Shown here piece by piece: positions 1 to 12,581 of a stretch of 64,000 nt of DNA; the first letter of the stretch is position 1; the number at the start of each line of letters is the position of its first letter. Origin of the DNA: Heterodontus francisci (taxonomy: Eukaryota); contig NW_027140453.1 in NCBI RefSeq assembly GCF_036365525.1, positions 1,178,001 through 1,242,000 on the forward strand. The letters run 5' to 3'. The notes below the pieces were generated by a model. It was given only the letters and a program-made list of their open reading frames with translations. It was not told where the DNA came from and ran no database searches. Both the position numbers and the translations under genes were made by a program.

Positions 1-630
1 TCACCTCTGTGCAGTGAAGGTTAGAGGGAGATTAACAAGACTGGTATCAGGGATGAAGGACTTCAGTTACTGTGGAGAGACTGGAGAAGCTGGGGTTTTT
101 TCTCCTTGGAGCAGAGAAGGTTAATGGTAGATATGATACAGATATTGAAGATCATAGAGGATTTTGATAGATAATTGATAACACATCACATCATCTACTG
201 GCCAATATATAGAAAATCTATGCAAAGATGGTCAGTCATTCCATCACTGCAGTATGTTTAATTAGTTCATACAAACTGTAATCACCTAAAGATATAGTTA
301 GATAGTTACAGAGACAGACAGATAGGTAACCAGGTAGAGAGATAGATAGATAGAGAGACAGAGAGATAGATAACCAGGTAGAGAGATAGATAGAAAGAGA
401 GACAGACAGGCAGGGAGACAGATAGTTATGAACTCTGACATTCAATCTACTGCTGCCGCCTGCTGGTGGAAGAGGAGCACTGACATTCAATCCACTGCTG
501 CCCACTGATGGTGGAAAATGAGCAGTGAGACTCAAACCACTGATGCCACCTGCCGGTGGATGATGAGCACTGAAATCCTGTTCATCTGCTGCAGGTTGAT
601 GCAGCTGCAGATCCGCTTTCTCAAACACAG

Positions 631-1391
631 CGATACGACAAGCGCAGAAATAGACAGCGGTGTGAGATGTAGCAGCGTTTCTCAGTGCCAAAGTAAACAG
701 TGTATCGCTGAATCTGACTGCCTGAAATGACTCGGACCTGTAATTGGTAACAGTCACTTCTGTAGCAGAATAGAACAGAGATTCCAGTGCCCTGTCTGGT
801 TGTTGTCTGTACCAGTACATTAAGGTCCAGCCAGTATTGGTCAGCGTGCATCTGAGTGTTGTCGACTCTCCTGCTGCAATCGATAGGATCGAGGGAAACT
901 GTTCCACATAAGAGGCGAGTATTCCTGTGGAATGGAACATCGATTAAATTATTATTTCAGCCAATAGCGGATTAGAGGAGGGACTGCATTGCAAGAAAGA
1001 AAGGGCTTACATTAACATAGCGCCGTTCAGGACCTCAGAAAGTGCTTTGCAACCAATGTAGTTACTCAATCAGTACTGCCTCTGCGACAGTGCAGCACGC
1101 CCTCAGTACAGCCTCTGCGACAGTGCAGCACTCCCTCAGTACTGCCGGTGCTACATTGCAGCACTCCCTCAGTACTGCCTCTGCGACAGTGCAGCACTCC
1201 CTCAGTCGAGACACCCGGGGCTTTCAGCCTTGATTTTGAGCTGAAGTGTTCTGGAGTGAGACTCTGACACAGGAGTGTTCCGGACAGAATCACCGCTAAC
1301 ATTACAATACATTATTCGACACAGTTTCTGACTTTGACTTACGTGGGAAGAATGCAGCCATCAAGATTAGACAGAGAACTTCATGGAACAT
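631..1391 (-). pseudogene. TRBV: V1: TRBV-like segment, family 1 (CACS type). ORF intact but RSS defective. Leader 1391-1343, V exon 924-631
   Basis: Leader MFHEVLCLILMAAFFP ends at C|GTAAGT; acceptor CCACAG|GA. V domain has C...WYRQ...YFCAC. Heptamer reads CTGTG where paralogs have CACAGTG; nonamer is GCATCAACC. Confidence 0.85.
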
Positions 1392-2722
1392 GATTTCTTC
1401 ATTCGATACCAACTCGATGTGTGAACGTGTGGAGTTTTCAACAACACACTTGCAGGCGGTTTCTATATTATATCCAATTAAATACCCAGCATCCGGTTGT
1501 CATTGTTATTGGCAGTCACTTACTGCGACACTCTGCTCCACCCCATTACATTGTATAGCAATGTTGTAGAATGATACAACACAGGAGGATAGGGGGAGAT
1601 TGAATAGAGGTGTTCACATTTCAGAAAGGGATTTGATAGAGTAGAATTCAGGGAAGCAACCCTCTATACCCAGAGAGTGTGTACATCCCTTATTGCCCCT
1701 GAGAAGGTGGTGGTGAACCATCTTCGGAATTACCTTCTGGGCCATATCAGAGGGCAGTTAGTCGTCAACCACATTGCTGTGGGTCTGCAGTCACATATAG
1801 GCCAGACCGGGTAAGAATGGCAGATTTCCTTCCCTGAAGGTCATCAATGAATACGTTAGGTTTTTACGACATTCCATGTTCAGAATTGCTCTTACTTTCC
1901 ATTACAGATTTTATTTATTTACTTAATTAAATTTAAATTCAATTTCTGCCCTGGTGAGAATTGAACTCAAGTCTGGAGATCATTAGTCAAGGCCTCTGGA
2001 TTACTAGTCCAGTAACATAACTGCTCTGCTCCCGTACCTCCTTGCTGAATGGAGGTTAAAGGGTTAAATTGTTCACTGGTCTGAACTGCGAGTTTCTTTG
2101 AAGAACACATCAAATGTGACTCGAGTCTAAGATGAAAGTGGGTAAAGAGTTTTCAGCAGCTTCTGAACTGGAGAGGGGTCTCACTTTGAACACTGTGAAA
2201 CAGCGCTCAGATGGTTAATGGTTCTGCGCTGAGTTAGTTTCTGTGCATGAGGGGGTTGTTCGCCTCTGTGTAGTGACGTTTAGAGGGAGATTAACCAGAC
2301 TGGTATCAGGGATGAGGGACTTCAGTTACTGTGGAGAGACTGGAGAAGCTGGGGGTTTCTGCCCTTAGAGCAGAGAAGGTTAATTAGATGTGATACAGAT
2401 ATTGAAGATCATAGAGGATTTTGATAGATAATTGATGATAAACCACATCTTCTACTGGTCAAGATATAGAAAATCTATGAAAAGATGGTCATTCATTACA
2501 TTACTGCAGTCTGTTTAATTAGTTCAAACAAACTGTAATTACCTAAAGATAGTTAGATAGCTGGAGAGACAGAGAGATAGATAACCAGGTAGAGAGATAG
2601 ATAGATAGAGAGACAGAGAGATAAACAATCAGGTGGACAGATAGATATGAACAATAAGCTTCAATCTACTGCTGCCCCCTGCCAGTTGAAGATGAGCACT
2701 GAACTCCCGTTCATCCGCTGCA

Positions 2723-2761
2723 GGTTTTTGCAGCTGCTGATCCGCTTTCTCAAACACTGTG
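2723..2761 (-). promoter_or_regulatory. 23-RSS of V2
   Basis: CACAGTG, 23-bp spacer, GCAAAAACC. Confidence 0.95.
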
Positions 2762-3529
2762 CGATACTACAAGCGCAGAAATAGACAGCGGTGTGAGATG
2801 GAGCGGCGTCTCTCAGTGCCAAAGTAAACAGTGTATCGCTGGCTCTGTCTGCCTTAAATGACTCGGACGTGTAATTGGTGACAGACCCTGTTCCAACAGA
2901 ATAGAACAGAGCTTCCAGTGCCCTGTCTGGTTGTTGTCTGTACCAGTACATTGCAGGATAGCCAGTATTCTTCAGCATGCATCTGAGTGTGGTCGACTCT
3001 CCTGCGGAAATCGATAGGATCGAGGGCGACTGTTCCACATAGGAGGAGAGTATTCCTGTGGGACGGAACATCGATTAGATTATTATTTCAGTCAATAATG
3101 GATTGGAGCAGGGGCTGCATTACAAGAAAGAGAGGGCTTACATTAATATATCGCCGTTCAGGACCTCAGGGCATCAGAAACGGCTTTGCAACCAATGTAG
3201 TTACTCCCTCATTACTGCCTCTGCGAAAGTGCGGCACTCCCTCAGTACTGCCTCTGCAACAGTGCAGCACTCCCTCAGTACTGCCTCTGCGACGTGCAGC
3301 ACACCCTCAGTACTGCCTCTGTGACAGTCCAGCACTCCCACAGCCCTGACACCTGGGGTATTACTTTTGACTTTGAGCTCAAGTGTTCTGGAGTGAGACT
3401 CTGACACAGCAGTGTGATGGAACAGGATCACCACTGACATTACAATACATTATTCGACACAGTTTCGGACTTTGACTTACGTGGGAAGAGTGCAGCCATC
3501 AAGATTAGACTGAGAACTTCATGCAACAT
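2762..3529 (-). CDS. TRBV: V2: TRBV-like segment, family 1, apparently functional. Leader 3529-3481, V exon 3055-2762
   Basis: Leader MLHEVLSLILMAALFP, GT-AG phase-1 intron, YVEQSP...RCMLKNTGYPAMYWYRQ...YFCACSI, followed by an intact RSS. Confidence 0.93.
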
Positions 3530-4903
3530 GATTTCTTCATTCGATACTAACTCGATGTGTGAACGTGTGGAGTTTTCAACAACACACTTGCAGGCGGTTT
3601 CTATATTGTATCCAATTAAATACCCAGCATCCGGTTGTCATTGTGATTGGCAGTCACTTACTGCACATTCTGCTCCACCCCATTACTTTACATAGCAATG
3701 TTGTTGAATGATACAACACAGGAGGATAGGGGGAGATTGAATAGAGGTGTTCACATTTCAGAAAGGGATTTGATAGAGTAGAATTCAGTGAAGCAACCCT
3801 CTATACCCAGAGAGTGTGCCCATCCCTTATTGCCCCTGAGATGGTGATGGTGAATCATCTTCGGGAATACCTGCTGGGCCATATCAGAGGGCAGTTAGTA
3901 GTCAACCACATTGCTGTGGGTCTGCAGTCACATATAGGCCAGACCGGGTAAGAATGGCAGATTTCCTTCCCTGAAGGTCTTCAATGAATACGTTGGGTTT
4001 TTAAGACACTCCATGTTCAGGATTACTCATACTTTCCATGACAAATTTTTATTTATTTAATTAATTGAATTTAAATTGCATTTCTGCCCCGGTGGGAATT
4101 GAACTCAAGTCTGGGGATCATTAGTCCAGGCCTCTGGATTACTAGCCCAGTAACATTACTGCCCTGCTGCCGAACCTCCGTGGTGAATGGGAGTTAAATG
4201 GTTAAATTGTTCACTGGTCTGAACTGCTAGTTTCTTTGAAGAACACATTAAATGTGACTCGAGTCTGAGGTGAAAGTGGGTAAAGAGTTTTCAGCAGCTT
4301 CTGAACTCGCTGTCAGGAGGCAGGTGTCCCAGAGATGAAGTTATCTGGAGAGGGGTCTCACTTTGAACAGTGTGAAATAGCGCTCAGATCGTTAATGGTT
4401 CTGCGCTGAGTTAGTTCCTGTGCATTGGGGGGTTGTTCGCCTCTGTTTTGTGAAGGTTAGAGGGAGATTAACCAGACTGGTATCAGGGATGAGGGACTTC
4501 AGTTACTGTGGAGAGACTGGAGAAGCTGGGGGTTTCTGCCCTTAGAGCAGAGAAGGGTAATGGTAGATGTGATACAGATATTGAAGATCATAGAGGATTT
4601 TGATAGATAATTGATGACAAATCACATCTGCTACTGGTCTTTATATAGAAAATCGATGAAAAGATGGTCATTCATTACATTACTGCAGTATGTTTAATTA
4701 GTTCATACAAACTGTAATTACCTAAAGATAGAGTTAGATAGATAGAGAGACAGAGAGATAGATAACCAGGTAAAGAGATAGATAGATAGAGAGACAGAGA
4801 GATAAACAATCAGGTGGACAGATAGATATGAACAATAAGCTTCAATCTACTGCTGCCCCCTGCCAGTTGAATATGAGCACTGAACTCCCGTTCATCCGCT
4901 GCA

Positions 4904-4942
4904 GGTTTTTGCAGCTGCTGATCCGCTTTCTCAGACACTGTG
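4904..4942 (-). promoter_or_regulatory. 23-RSS of V3
   Basis: CACAGTG, 23-bp spacer, GCAAAAACC. Confidence 0.95.
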
Positions 4943-5777
4943 TGATACTACAAGTGCAGAAATAGACAGCGGTGTGAGATGGCGCGGCGTCTCTCAGTGC
5001 CAAAGTAAACAGTGTATTGCTGGCTCTGTCTGCCTTAAATGACTCGGACGTGTAATTGGTGACAGACCCTGTTCCAGCAGAATAGAACAGAGCTTCCAGT
5101 GCCCTGTCTGGTTGTTGTCTGTACCAGTACATTGTAAGATAGGCAGTATTCTTCAGCGTGCATCTGAGTGTTGTCGACTCTCCTGCGGAAAGCGATAGGA
5201 TAGAGGGTGTCTGTTCCACATAGGAGGAGAGTATTCCTGTGGGACGGAACATCGATTAGATTATTATTTCAGTCAATAATGGATTGGAGCAGGGGCTGCA
5301 TTACAAGAAAGAGAGGGCTTACATTAATATATCGCCGTTCAGGACCTCAGGGCATCAGAAACGGCCTTGCAACCAATGTAGTTACTCCCTCAGTACTGCC
5401 TCTGCGACAGTGCGGCACTCCCTCAGTACTGCCTCTGCAACAGTGCAGCACTCCCTCAGTACTGCCTCTGTGACAGTGCTGCACTCCCTCAGTGCTGCCT
5501 CTGCGACAGTGCAGCACTCCCTCAGTACTGCCTCTGCGACAGTGCAGCACACCCGCAGTACTGCCTCTGCGATAGTCCAGCACTCCCTCAGCCCTGACAC
5601 CTGGGGTGTTAGTTTTGACTTTGAGCTCAAGTGTTCTGGAGTGAGACTCTGACACAGCAGTGTTATGGAACAGAATCACCGCTGACTTTACAATACATTA
5701 TTCGACACAGTTTCTGACTTTGACTTACGTGGGAAGAATGCAGCCATCAAGATTAGACTGAGAACTTCATGCAACAT
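4943..5777 (-). CDS. TRBV: V3: TRBV-like segment, family 1, apparently functional. Leader 5777-5729, V exon 5236-4943
   Basis: Intact leader, splice sites and V ORF ending YFCTCSI. Confidence 0.93.
5385..5590. repeat. 33-bp intronic minisatellite in family-1 leader introns (also ~1065-1205 and ~3205-3345; ~1 copy at ~47850-47890)
   Basis: Unit CTCCCTCAGTACTGCCTCTGCGACAGTGCAGCA; copy number differs among paralogs. Confidence 0.9.
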
Positions 5778-7209
5778 GATTTCTTCATTCGATACTAACT
5801 CGAAGTGTGAACGTGTGGAGTTTTCAACAACACACTTGCAGGCGGCTTCTATATTGTATCCAAATAAATACCCAGCATCCGGTTGTCATTGTGATTGGCA
5901 GTCACTTACTGCGACACTCTGCTCCACCCCATTACATTGGTTAGCAATGTTGTAGAATGATACAACACAGGAGGATAGGGGGAGATTGAATGGAGATGTT
6001 CACATGTCAGAAAGCGCTTTGATAGAGTAGAATTCAGGGAAACAACCCTCTATACCCAGAGAGTGTGCCCATCCCTTATTGCCTCTGAGAAGGTGGTAGT
6101 GAACCATCTTCGGGAATACCTGCTAGGCCATATCAGAGGGCAGTTAGTAGTCAACTACATTGCTGTGGGTCTGCAATCAGATATAGGCCAGACCGGGTAA
6201 GAATGGCAGATTTCCTTCCCTGACGGTAATCAATGAAGACGTTGGTTTTTTACGACACTCCATGTTCATGATTACTCATAGTGTCTCTGATAGATTTTTA
6301 TTTATTTAATTAATTGAATTTAAATTGCATTTCTGCCCCAGTGGGAATTGAACTCAAGTCTGGAGATCATTAGTCCATGCCTCTGGATTACGAGTCCAGT
6401 AACATAACTGCTCTGCTGCCGAACCTCCGTGGTGAATGGGAGTTAAAGGGTTAAATTGTTCACTGGTCTGAACTGCTAATTTCTTTGAAAAACACATCAA
6501 ATGTGACTGGAATCTGAGATGAAAGTGGCTAAACAGGTTTCAGCAGCTTATGAACTCGCTGTCAGGAGGCAGGTGTCCCAGAGATGAAGGTATCTGGAGA
6601 GGGGTCTCACCTTTGAACAGTTTGAAACAGCGCTCAGATGGTTAATGGTTCTGAGCTGAGTTAGTTCCTGTGAATTGGGGAGTTGTTCACCTCTGTGTAG
6701 TGAAGGTTAGAAAGAGATTAACCATCTGTTACCAGGGATGAGGGACTTCAGTTACTGTGGAGAGACTGGAGAAGCTGGGGGTTTCTCTCCTTAGAGCAGC
6801 GAAGGTTAATGGTAGATGTGATACAGATATTGAAGATCATAGAGGATTTTGATAGATAATTGATGACAAACCACATCTTCTACTGGTCAATATATAGAAA
6901 ATCTATGAAAAGACGGTCATTTATTACATTACTGCAACATGTTTAATAAGTTCATACAAACTGTAATCACCTAAAGATAGAGTTTGATACATACAGAGAC
7001 AGAGAGCTAGATAATCAGGTAGAGAGATAGATAGATAGAGAGTCAGTCAGGTTGACAGACAGCTATAGAGAGAGGTAGAGATATAGGGAGATCGAGGGAA
7101 AGTCATGTAGGTAGAAAAATAACGAGCGAGATAGAGAGACAGTCACTGCCCTGTAAAAGACAGGGATGTTAATTGGCATTCTCTCATTTTACACCAGCTT
7201 GGTAGCGAG

Positions 7210-7560
7210 AGTGAAAGAGAGGGTTGAAGAGAGAGGGAGAGAGAGTGATGGAGAGAGAGGCAGAGATGGATGGGGAGAGAAGGAGAGAGAGGAATGGAGA
7301 TAGGAAGAGAGAGGGATGGAGAGGAGCAAAGAGAGGGATGGAGAGTGCAGGAGAGAGAGGGATGGAGAGGGATGGAGAGAGAGGGATGGAGAGAGGGTGA
7401 GAGAAGGATGGAGAGGGAGAGGGAGAGAGAGGGATGGAGACAGGAAGAGAGAGGATGGAGAGTGGGAGCGAGAGGGATAGAGAGAGAGGGAGAGAGAGGG
7501 ATGGAGAAAGAGAGGCATGGAGAGAGGGAGAGAGAGGGTTGGAGAGAGAGAGCGATGGGA
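7210..7560. repeat. GA-rich low-complexity tract
   Basis: Degenerate GGATGGAGAGAGA units. Confidence 0.85.
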
Positions 7561-7589
7561 AGTTATCGATCAGTCATGATCTCAGTGAA

Positions 7590-7703
7590 ATAAAGGATTA
7601 CTGACCCGAAAGAAGGGTCACTGACCCGAAACGTTAACTCTGCTTCTCTTTCCACAGATGCTGCCAGACCCGCTGAGTGGTTCCAGGATTTCTTGTCTTT
7701 ATT
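7590..7703 (+). mobile_element. Short Penelope-derived insertion with partial hammerhead-like motif and 16-bp TSD
   Basis: TCATGATCTCAGTGAA at 7574-7589 and 7704-7719 flanks GAAGGGTCACTGACCCGAAACGTTAACTCTG; same element as 22640-22775. Confidence 0.8.
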
Positions 7704-8714
7704 TCATGATCTCAGTGAAGGTCGGAATGTTTTCGAGGTGATGAATGAACTCCTTGTGTTCCCAGGTCACTGTTGAAGTGTCTTCCAGACTCTGATGTTT
7801 ATAATGGTACAACAGCGCACTCTACTGTCCCTTTGGAGAAAGAAAACACAGTGACATCAAACCACACCTTCAATATCCATTCATCAATCCATCCATCTCT
7901 CTCTATCTTTCTCCCTCTCTCTATCTCTCTCTCTACCTCTCTTTATCTCTCTCTCTCTGTCTCTGTCTCTCTCTCCCTCTCTCTATCCGTGTCTCTCTTT
8001 CTCCCTCTCTCTCTATCTATCTCTCTATCTATCAATCTCTCTATGTCTCTCTCTATCTATATATCTATCCATCTCTATTTATTTCTCTCTCTCTCTCTAT
8101 CCGTCTCTCTTTCTCTCTCTTTATCTCTCTCTCTCTATCTATCTCTCAATGCCTCTCTATCTATTTATGTNNNNNNNNNNNNNNNNNNNNNNNNNNNNNN
8201 NNNNNNNNNNNNNNNNNNNNNNNNNNNNNNNNNNNNNNNNNNNNNNNNNNNNNNNNNNNNNNNNNNNNNNNNNNNNNNNNNNNNNNNNNNNNNNNNNNNN
8301 NNNNNNNNNNNNNNNNNNNNNNNNNNNNNNNNNNNNNNNNNNNNNNNNNNNNNNNNNNNNNNNNNNNNNNNNNNNNNNNNNNNNNTCTCTGTCTCTCTCG
8401 CTGTTGTTTCTGAACTTCACTTCACATCTTAAAATCTTTAAGAAGCTCTCTGAGACCGCTGAAGGTTTACCCTTCAGTCTTCTCTTTTCTGGAGCAAAGA
8501 TAACCCGATATTCAAACTATCATGTTCGCTTTAAACTCTGTGTTCCTGTAAAGTCGAATTCGCAATTCCCCGGTGCTTCGAAATCTAACCTCTCCCTTTC
8601 TCTTTAAATCTGCACTGTCTTCTTGTGAAGAACATGTTCCCAATGATGAAATCACCCAACAGGACGCAGCACCGCCTGGTTTTATCTGAAACAGGTGTTT
8701 CCTGCTGCCTTTGG

Positions 8715-8753
8715 GCTTTTTGTTGAACTGCTCCATCTCTCTGAGTCACTGTG
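8715..8753 (-). promoter_or_regulatory. 23-RSS of V4
   Basis: CACAGTG, 23-bp spacer, ACAAAAAGC. Confidence 0.92.
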
Positions 8754-9230
8754 AAGACTCCAGGCACAGAAATACACTGCCGAGTGATTCTCCCGCAGGC
8801 TGGAGGACTCGAGGTGGAACTCGGAGTTACTCGGTCTCTCGGCGGTGAAACCCTCCACCGTCCCCTCTGAGTTCACGCTTTGTACACTTCGGGAGTAAAA
8901 CATCAGCTGCGGCGTCTTCCCCGGGTATTGTCTGTACCAAAACATGTCAGGGTTACTTGTGCCCTGCACGGTGCATTTCAGCTTCACCTGCTCACCAGAA
9001 AATTTGGAGACAGCGGCGGGAGTCTGGTGGATAGTCTGTGAGTTCACATCTAGAAAAGAGACAGGGAGAGGAGGAGATCAATAAATAGCGACATTCAGTC
9101 CAGTGGGGAGAAAGAGGAGAGAGAGAGAAAATCAAAGAAAAATAAAATGAAAGAAATGTTAAGGAGAATTATTGTTTCAATAAAATGCCTTACGGTGAAA
9201 CAGGGTGATCAGAGTCAGTAACAGATACAT
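8754..9230 (-). CDS. TRBV: V4: TRBV-like segment, family 2 (SQTIHQ...CAWS type), apparently functional. Leader 9230-9194, V exon 9049-8754
   Basis: Leader MYLLLTLITLFH; NSQTIHQTP...CTVQGTSNPDMFWYRQ...YFCAWSL. Confidence 0.93.
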
Positions 9231-9299
9231 CTTTTACTTTAAGCTGCCCTCTGAATCAGCAAAGGGGAGAGAGATGGAGTGATGAGTGTTGTCAATAGC

Positions 9300-9372
9300 C
9301 AACCCACTCTTTACAAATCATTGGGACGAACAGGAAGAGCATTAGGAAGTGATGCACAGATGGTGACGCCCA
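9300..9372 (-). promoter_or_regulatory. Conserved family-2 V promoter block (Ets-like GGAA cores, CCAAT-like, half-CRE)
   Basis: Plus-strand TTACAAATCATTGG...GAAGAGCATTAGGAAGTGA is conserved about 80-120 bp upstream of the ATG in V4-V8; function inferred. Confidence 0.55.
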
Positions 9373-9869
9373 GGTAAACATGTCAGAGTGGAGTAGGTTG
9401 TCAATGTCTCTCTCTCTATCTCAATCCGCCTTCCTCTCTCTTTCTTACTCTTTGTTCCTCACTCTCTCTCTCTCTGCATGTATCGAGCTTTATGTCTCCC
9501 ACTCTTTCAATCTTTTTCTCTCTATATCTGTGTGTGTGTGTATTTTTCTCTCTCTGTCTCCCTCTGTCCTGTTCATTTACGTTGAGTTTTTCCTCTCTAT
9601 GTCTCCCTGATTCACCCTCTCTGCCTCTGTGTTTCATGGGCTGATGTATTGAGAAATAGAGGGCACTTATTGAAGGTAATTGGCAAAAGATCCAAAGGTG
9701 AACTGAGGAAACGTTTTGACGCAGTTCGTGGTGAGGATCTGGAATGCACTACGTGAGAGTGCGAGGGACGCAGATTCAATCGTGGCTTTCAAAAGGAAAT
9801 TTGATAATTATCTGAAGGGAAAATGTGCAGTGTTACGTTGAAAGGGCAGGAGGAGTGGGACTAGCTGCA

Positions 9870-10430
9870 GAGACCAAATACAGCGACAGGGTGACAGCAT
9901 TGTGGAACACCCTGCATTCAGGCTGCAAGTGTGACCCTGAGGTCCCGGTTAGTGGACACTTTTAATTCTCATTCCCACTCCCACCCTGACCTCTCTGTCC
10001 TCGACCTCCTACTCTGCTCCAATGAAGCTCAACAGAAACTCGAAGAACAGCACCTAATCTTTCAATTGGACATTTTACAGCTTTCTGAACTCAACAGTGA
10101 GTTTAACAATTTCTGATCATAACCACTGCTCCGGTTTATTTGGACAGAGGTTTGTTGGTAATAATTGTGTTTCTGCCATTTCCACCTCCTCTAGACCCAT
10201 CTCTTGTTCTTTACTTGACCCATTAACATCCCCTTTGTCTTGCACCAGCCTCAGTTTTGTTATTAAATCTCCCCTGCATTCCTCCCATTCTCCCTCTCCC
10301 TGGCTTTGTGCTGCTTAAAAGTTGATAGACCTCTAAATCCTTCCAGTTCTGCTGAATGATCTAGGACCTGATATGTTAATTTTTCCTCCTCCACAGAGGC
10401 TGTCTGACCTGATTAGTATTTCCATCCTTA
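9870..10430 (+). mobile_element. Penelope-like element 3' fragment (GIY-YIG endonuclease C-terminus plus decayed terminal region)
   Basis: Translation FNSHSHSHPDLSVL...KLEEQHLIFQL...NSEFNNF resembles PLE endonuclease ends; decayed hammerhead-like tail at ~10343-10410. Confidence 0.7.
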
Positions 10431-11066
10431 TTTATTTGTAAACCAGAAACGCAATGAGCACCAATATAGTGACAGAGCACCCAGAACCTAAACCATCCAG
10501 CATCTGCGGTTCCTTGTGTTCAGTTCACCAGACTGTAACCGGGATGTATTTCTATAATTATCAGGAGAGGTTCATAGAGAAATTTCAAAGTCCCTGTTGA
10601 AACATCATCAATAATCTGATCCATTTCACGGTCCGACACCGCCCTCTGCTGTCCCTTTGGAGAAAGACAACACTGTCAGTGAATAAAACACAACAGTGTC
10701 TGTCTGCCTACCAGCTATCTATCGACCTATCTACCTACCTATCTGATCTTCACTTCACACATTAAACCCTTTCATAATCTTTCTAAGAACTCTGAATTTT
10801 CACCCTTCAGTCTTCTCCTCTCTGGAGCAAAGATGTTCAAACTATCTTTGTTCTGATATCATTCCTGGAAAGTCCATTTCACACTTCCCCTGTGCTTCTG
10901 TATCTAACCTCTCACCTTCTGTTTAAATCCGCCCTGTCTTCTTGTGAAAAACACTTTTCCAATGCCAAAAACACCAAACAGGACGCAGCACCGCCTGGTT
11001 TTATCTGAAACAGGTGTTTCCTGCTGCCTTTGGGGTTTTTGTTGAACTGCTCCATCTCTCACTGTG

Positions 11067-11530
11067 AAGACTCCAGGCACAGAAATACACAGCCGAGTGA
11101 TTCTCCCGCAGGCTGGAGGACTCCAGTTTGAACTCGTACTTATTCAGTTTCTCTGCGGTAAAACCGTCCACCGTCCCCTCTGGATCCACATAGTTAGCAG
11201 TACTGGAGTAAAACATCAACAGCGGCTCCTTCCCCGGGTATTGTCTGTACCAGTACATGGAGATGCTACCAGTACATGGAGATGCTACTTCACAGTGCAC
11301 ATCAGTCCCACTCCTTTCGCGGGAAATCTGGAGACAGTGGCGGGAATCTGGTTGATAGTCTGTGAGTTCACATCTGGGAGAGAGATGGAGAGAGGAGGAG
11401 ATCAGTAAACAGGGAATTTCTGGGAATGAAAGGGAGACAGGGAGAGGAGAGGAAAGTTATTAACGATAATCTTTGCATTTCATGCTCACTTACAATGAAA
11501 CAAGATTATCAGACCCAGTAACTGATACAT
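11067..11530 (-). pseudogene. TRBV: V5: family-2 TRBV pseudogene. Leader 11530-11494, V exon 11373-11067
   Basis: 19-bp tandem duplication at 11250-11287 with net +11 nt gives a TAG after CTVK; RSS 11034-11066 has only a 17-bp spacer. Confidence 0.92.
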
Positions 11531-11713
11531 CTTTCACTACAACATGTTCTCTTAATGGACACAGGAGTGAACGCCGGAGCCTAGAGTCTTGTGAGGGTCC
11601 AAATAGACTCTTTACAAATCATGGGGAGGAACATGAAGAGCATTAGGAAGTGATACAATGTTGGAGACGCCCATTCCCCCAGGTCAACAAATTACAATCA
11701 AATTGGTTGCCAA

Positions 11714-11783
<70 letters not shown>

Positions 11784-12581
11784 ATCTCAGTTTACCTTCC
11801 GCTCTCTTGCTCTCTCTCTGTCTGTCTCGCTCTCTCCTCATGTGTCTGGGGTTCTGTCTCCCACTCTCTCCTTCTCTCTGACTCTCCCTCTCTCTCACTC
11901 TTACTGTCTCATTAGTTCTTTCTCTGTCTCTGTCTCTCTCTAGCTCTGCCTCCCTATCTGTCTCAGGCTCTTTATCTCAGTCTCTCTTTCTCTCCTTCTC
12001 TCTCAGTCCCTTTCTCTCTCACTCTCATTATGTCTCTCTTGCTGCCTCGCTGTCTTTGTCCCTATCTCTGTCTCCCTCTCTGTCTCAGTCTCTTTAATTC
12101 TATCTGTCGTTTTTCCTCTCTCTCACTAGATCTCTCTGTCACACACACACACACTCTTACTCTCTCTAACAAAATGGTGTCCTTGTCCTGTTCATGTGTA
12201 TCAAGCTGGATCTGCATGATCTCCTGCTCTTTCAGTGTTCTCACTAAATCCTTCTCAAAGCCATTGTCAGTTCCATGGTCCTGGATCCCCCTCTGCTGAT
12301 CCTGTGGAGAAGGTAAACACTGTGTCAGTGCATAAAAACCCAGATTATTGTCATTGATTCCTGGTAATTACATTCTGAGATCTCGTGACACCTTTATTAA
12401 TCGCAGTACCTGTAAATCTAGTGTGTCACTACAATCATCGCTCAACACTTTTTATTGTAATACTTTCACTCTGCATAAGGGAACAGGAGGTCGAGGCACC
12501 GAACGGTTTTACCCCCCCACAGGTGTTTCCTGCTGCCTTTGGGGTTTTTGTTGAACTGCTCCACCTTTCTGAGTTACTGTG

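Larger units (their letters stand above)
1..7040. repeat. Tandem duplication with ~2.2-kb unit (3 copies plus the start of a 4th) carrying V1-V3
   Basis: The same landmark sequence (CCTCTGT...GTTAGAGGGAGATTAAC) recurs near 1, 2260, 4440 and 6690. Confidence 0.9.

Noticed and set aside
2661-3071. ORF-track starts and ends for V genes, such as MFRPTG... and read-through past the RSS
   Set aside because: Those starts lie in introns and the tails translate the RSS; real boundaries are the splice acceptor and the heptamer
7189-8607. SL/ER-rich ORFs and ORFs spanning N runs (also 16.3-17.2, 26.2-26.9 and 45.1-45.5 kb)
   Set aside because: Microsatellite translations or artefacts of unknown bases
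10343-10385. Active hammerhead at the tails of the Penelope fragments (also ~16001-16040)
   Set aside because: Both CUGANGA and GAAA boxes are mutated
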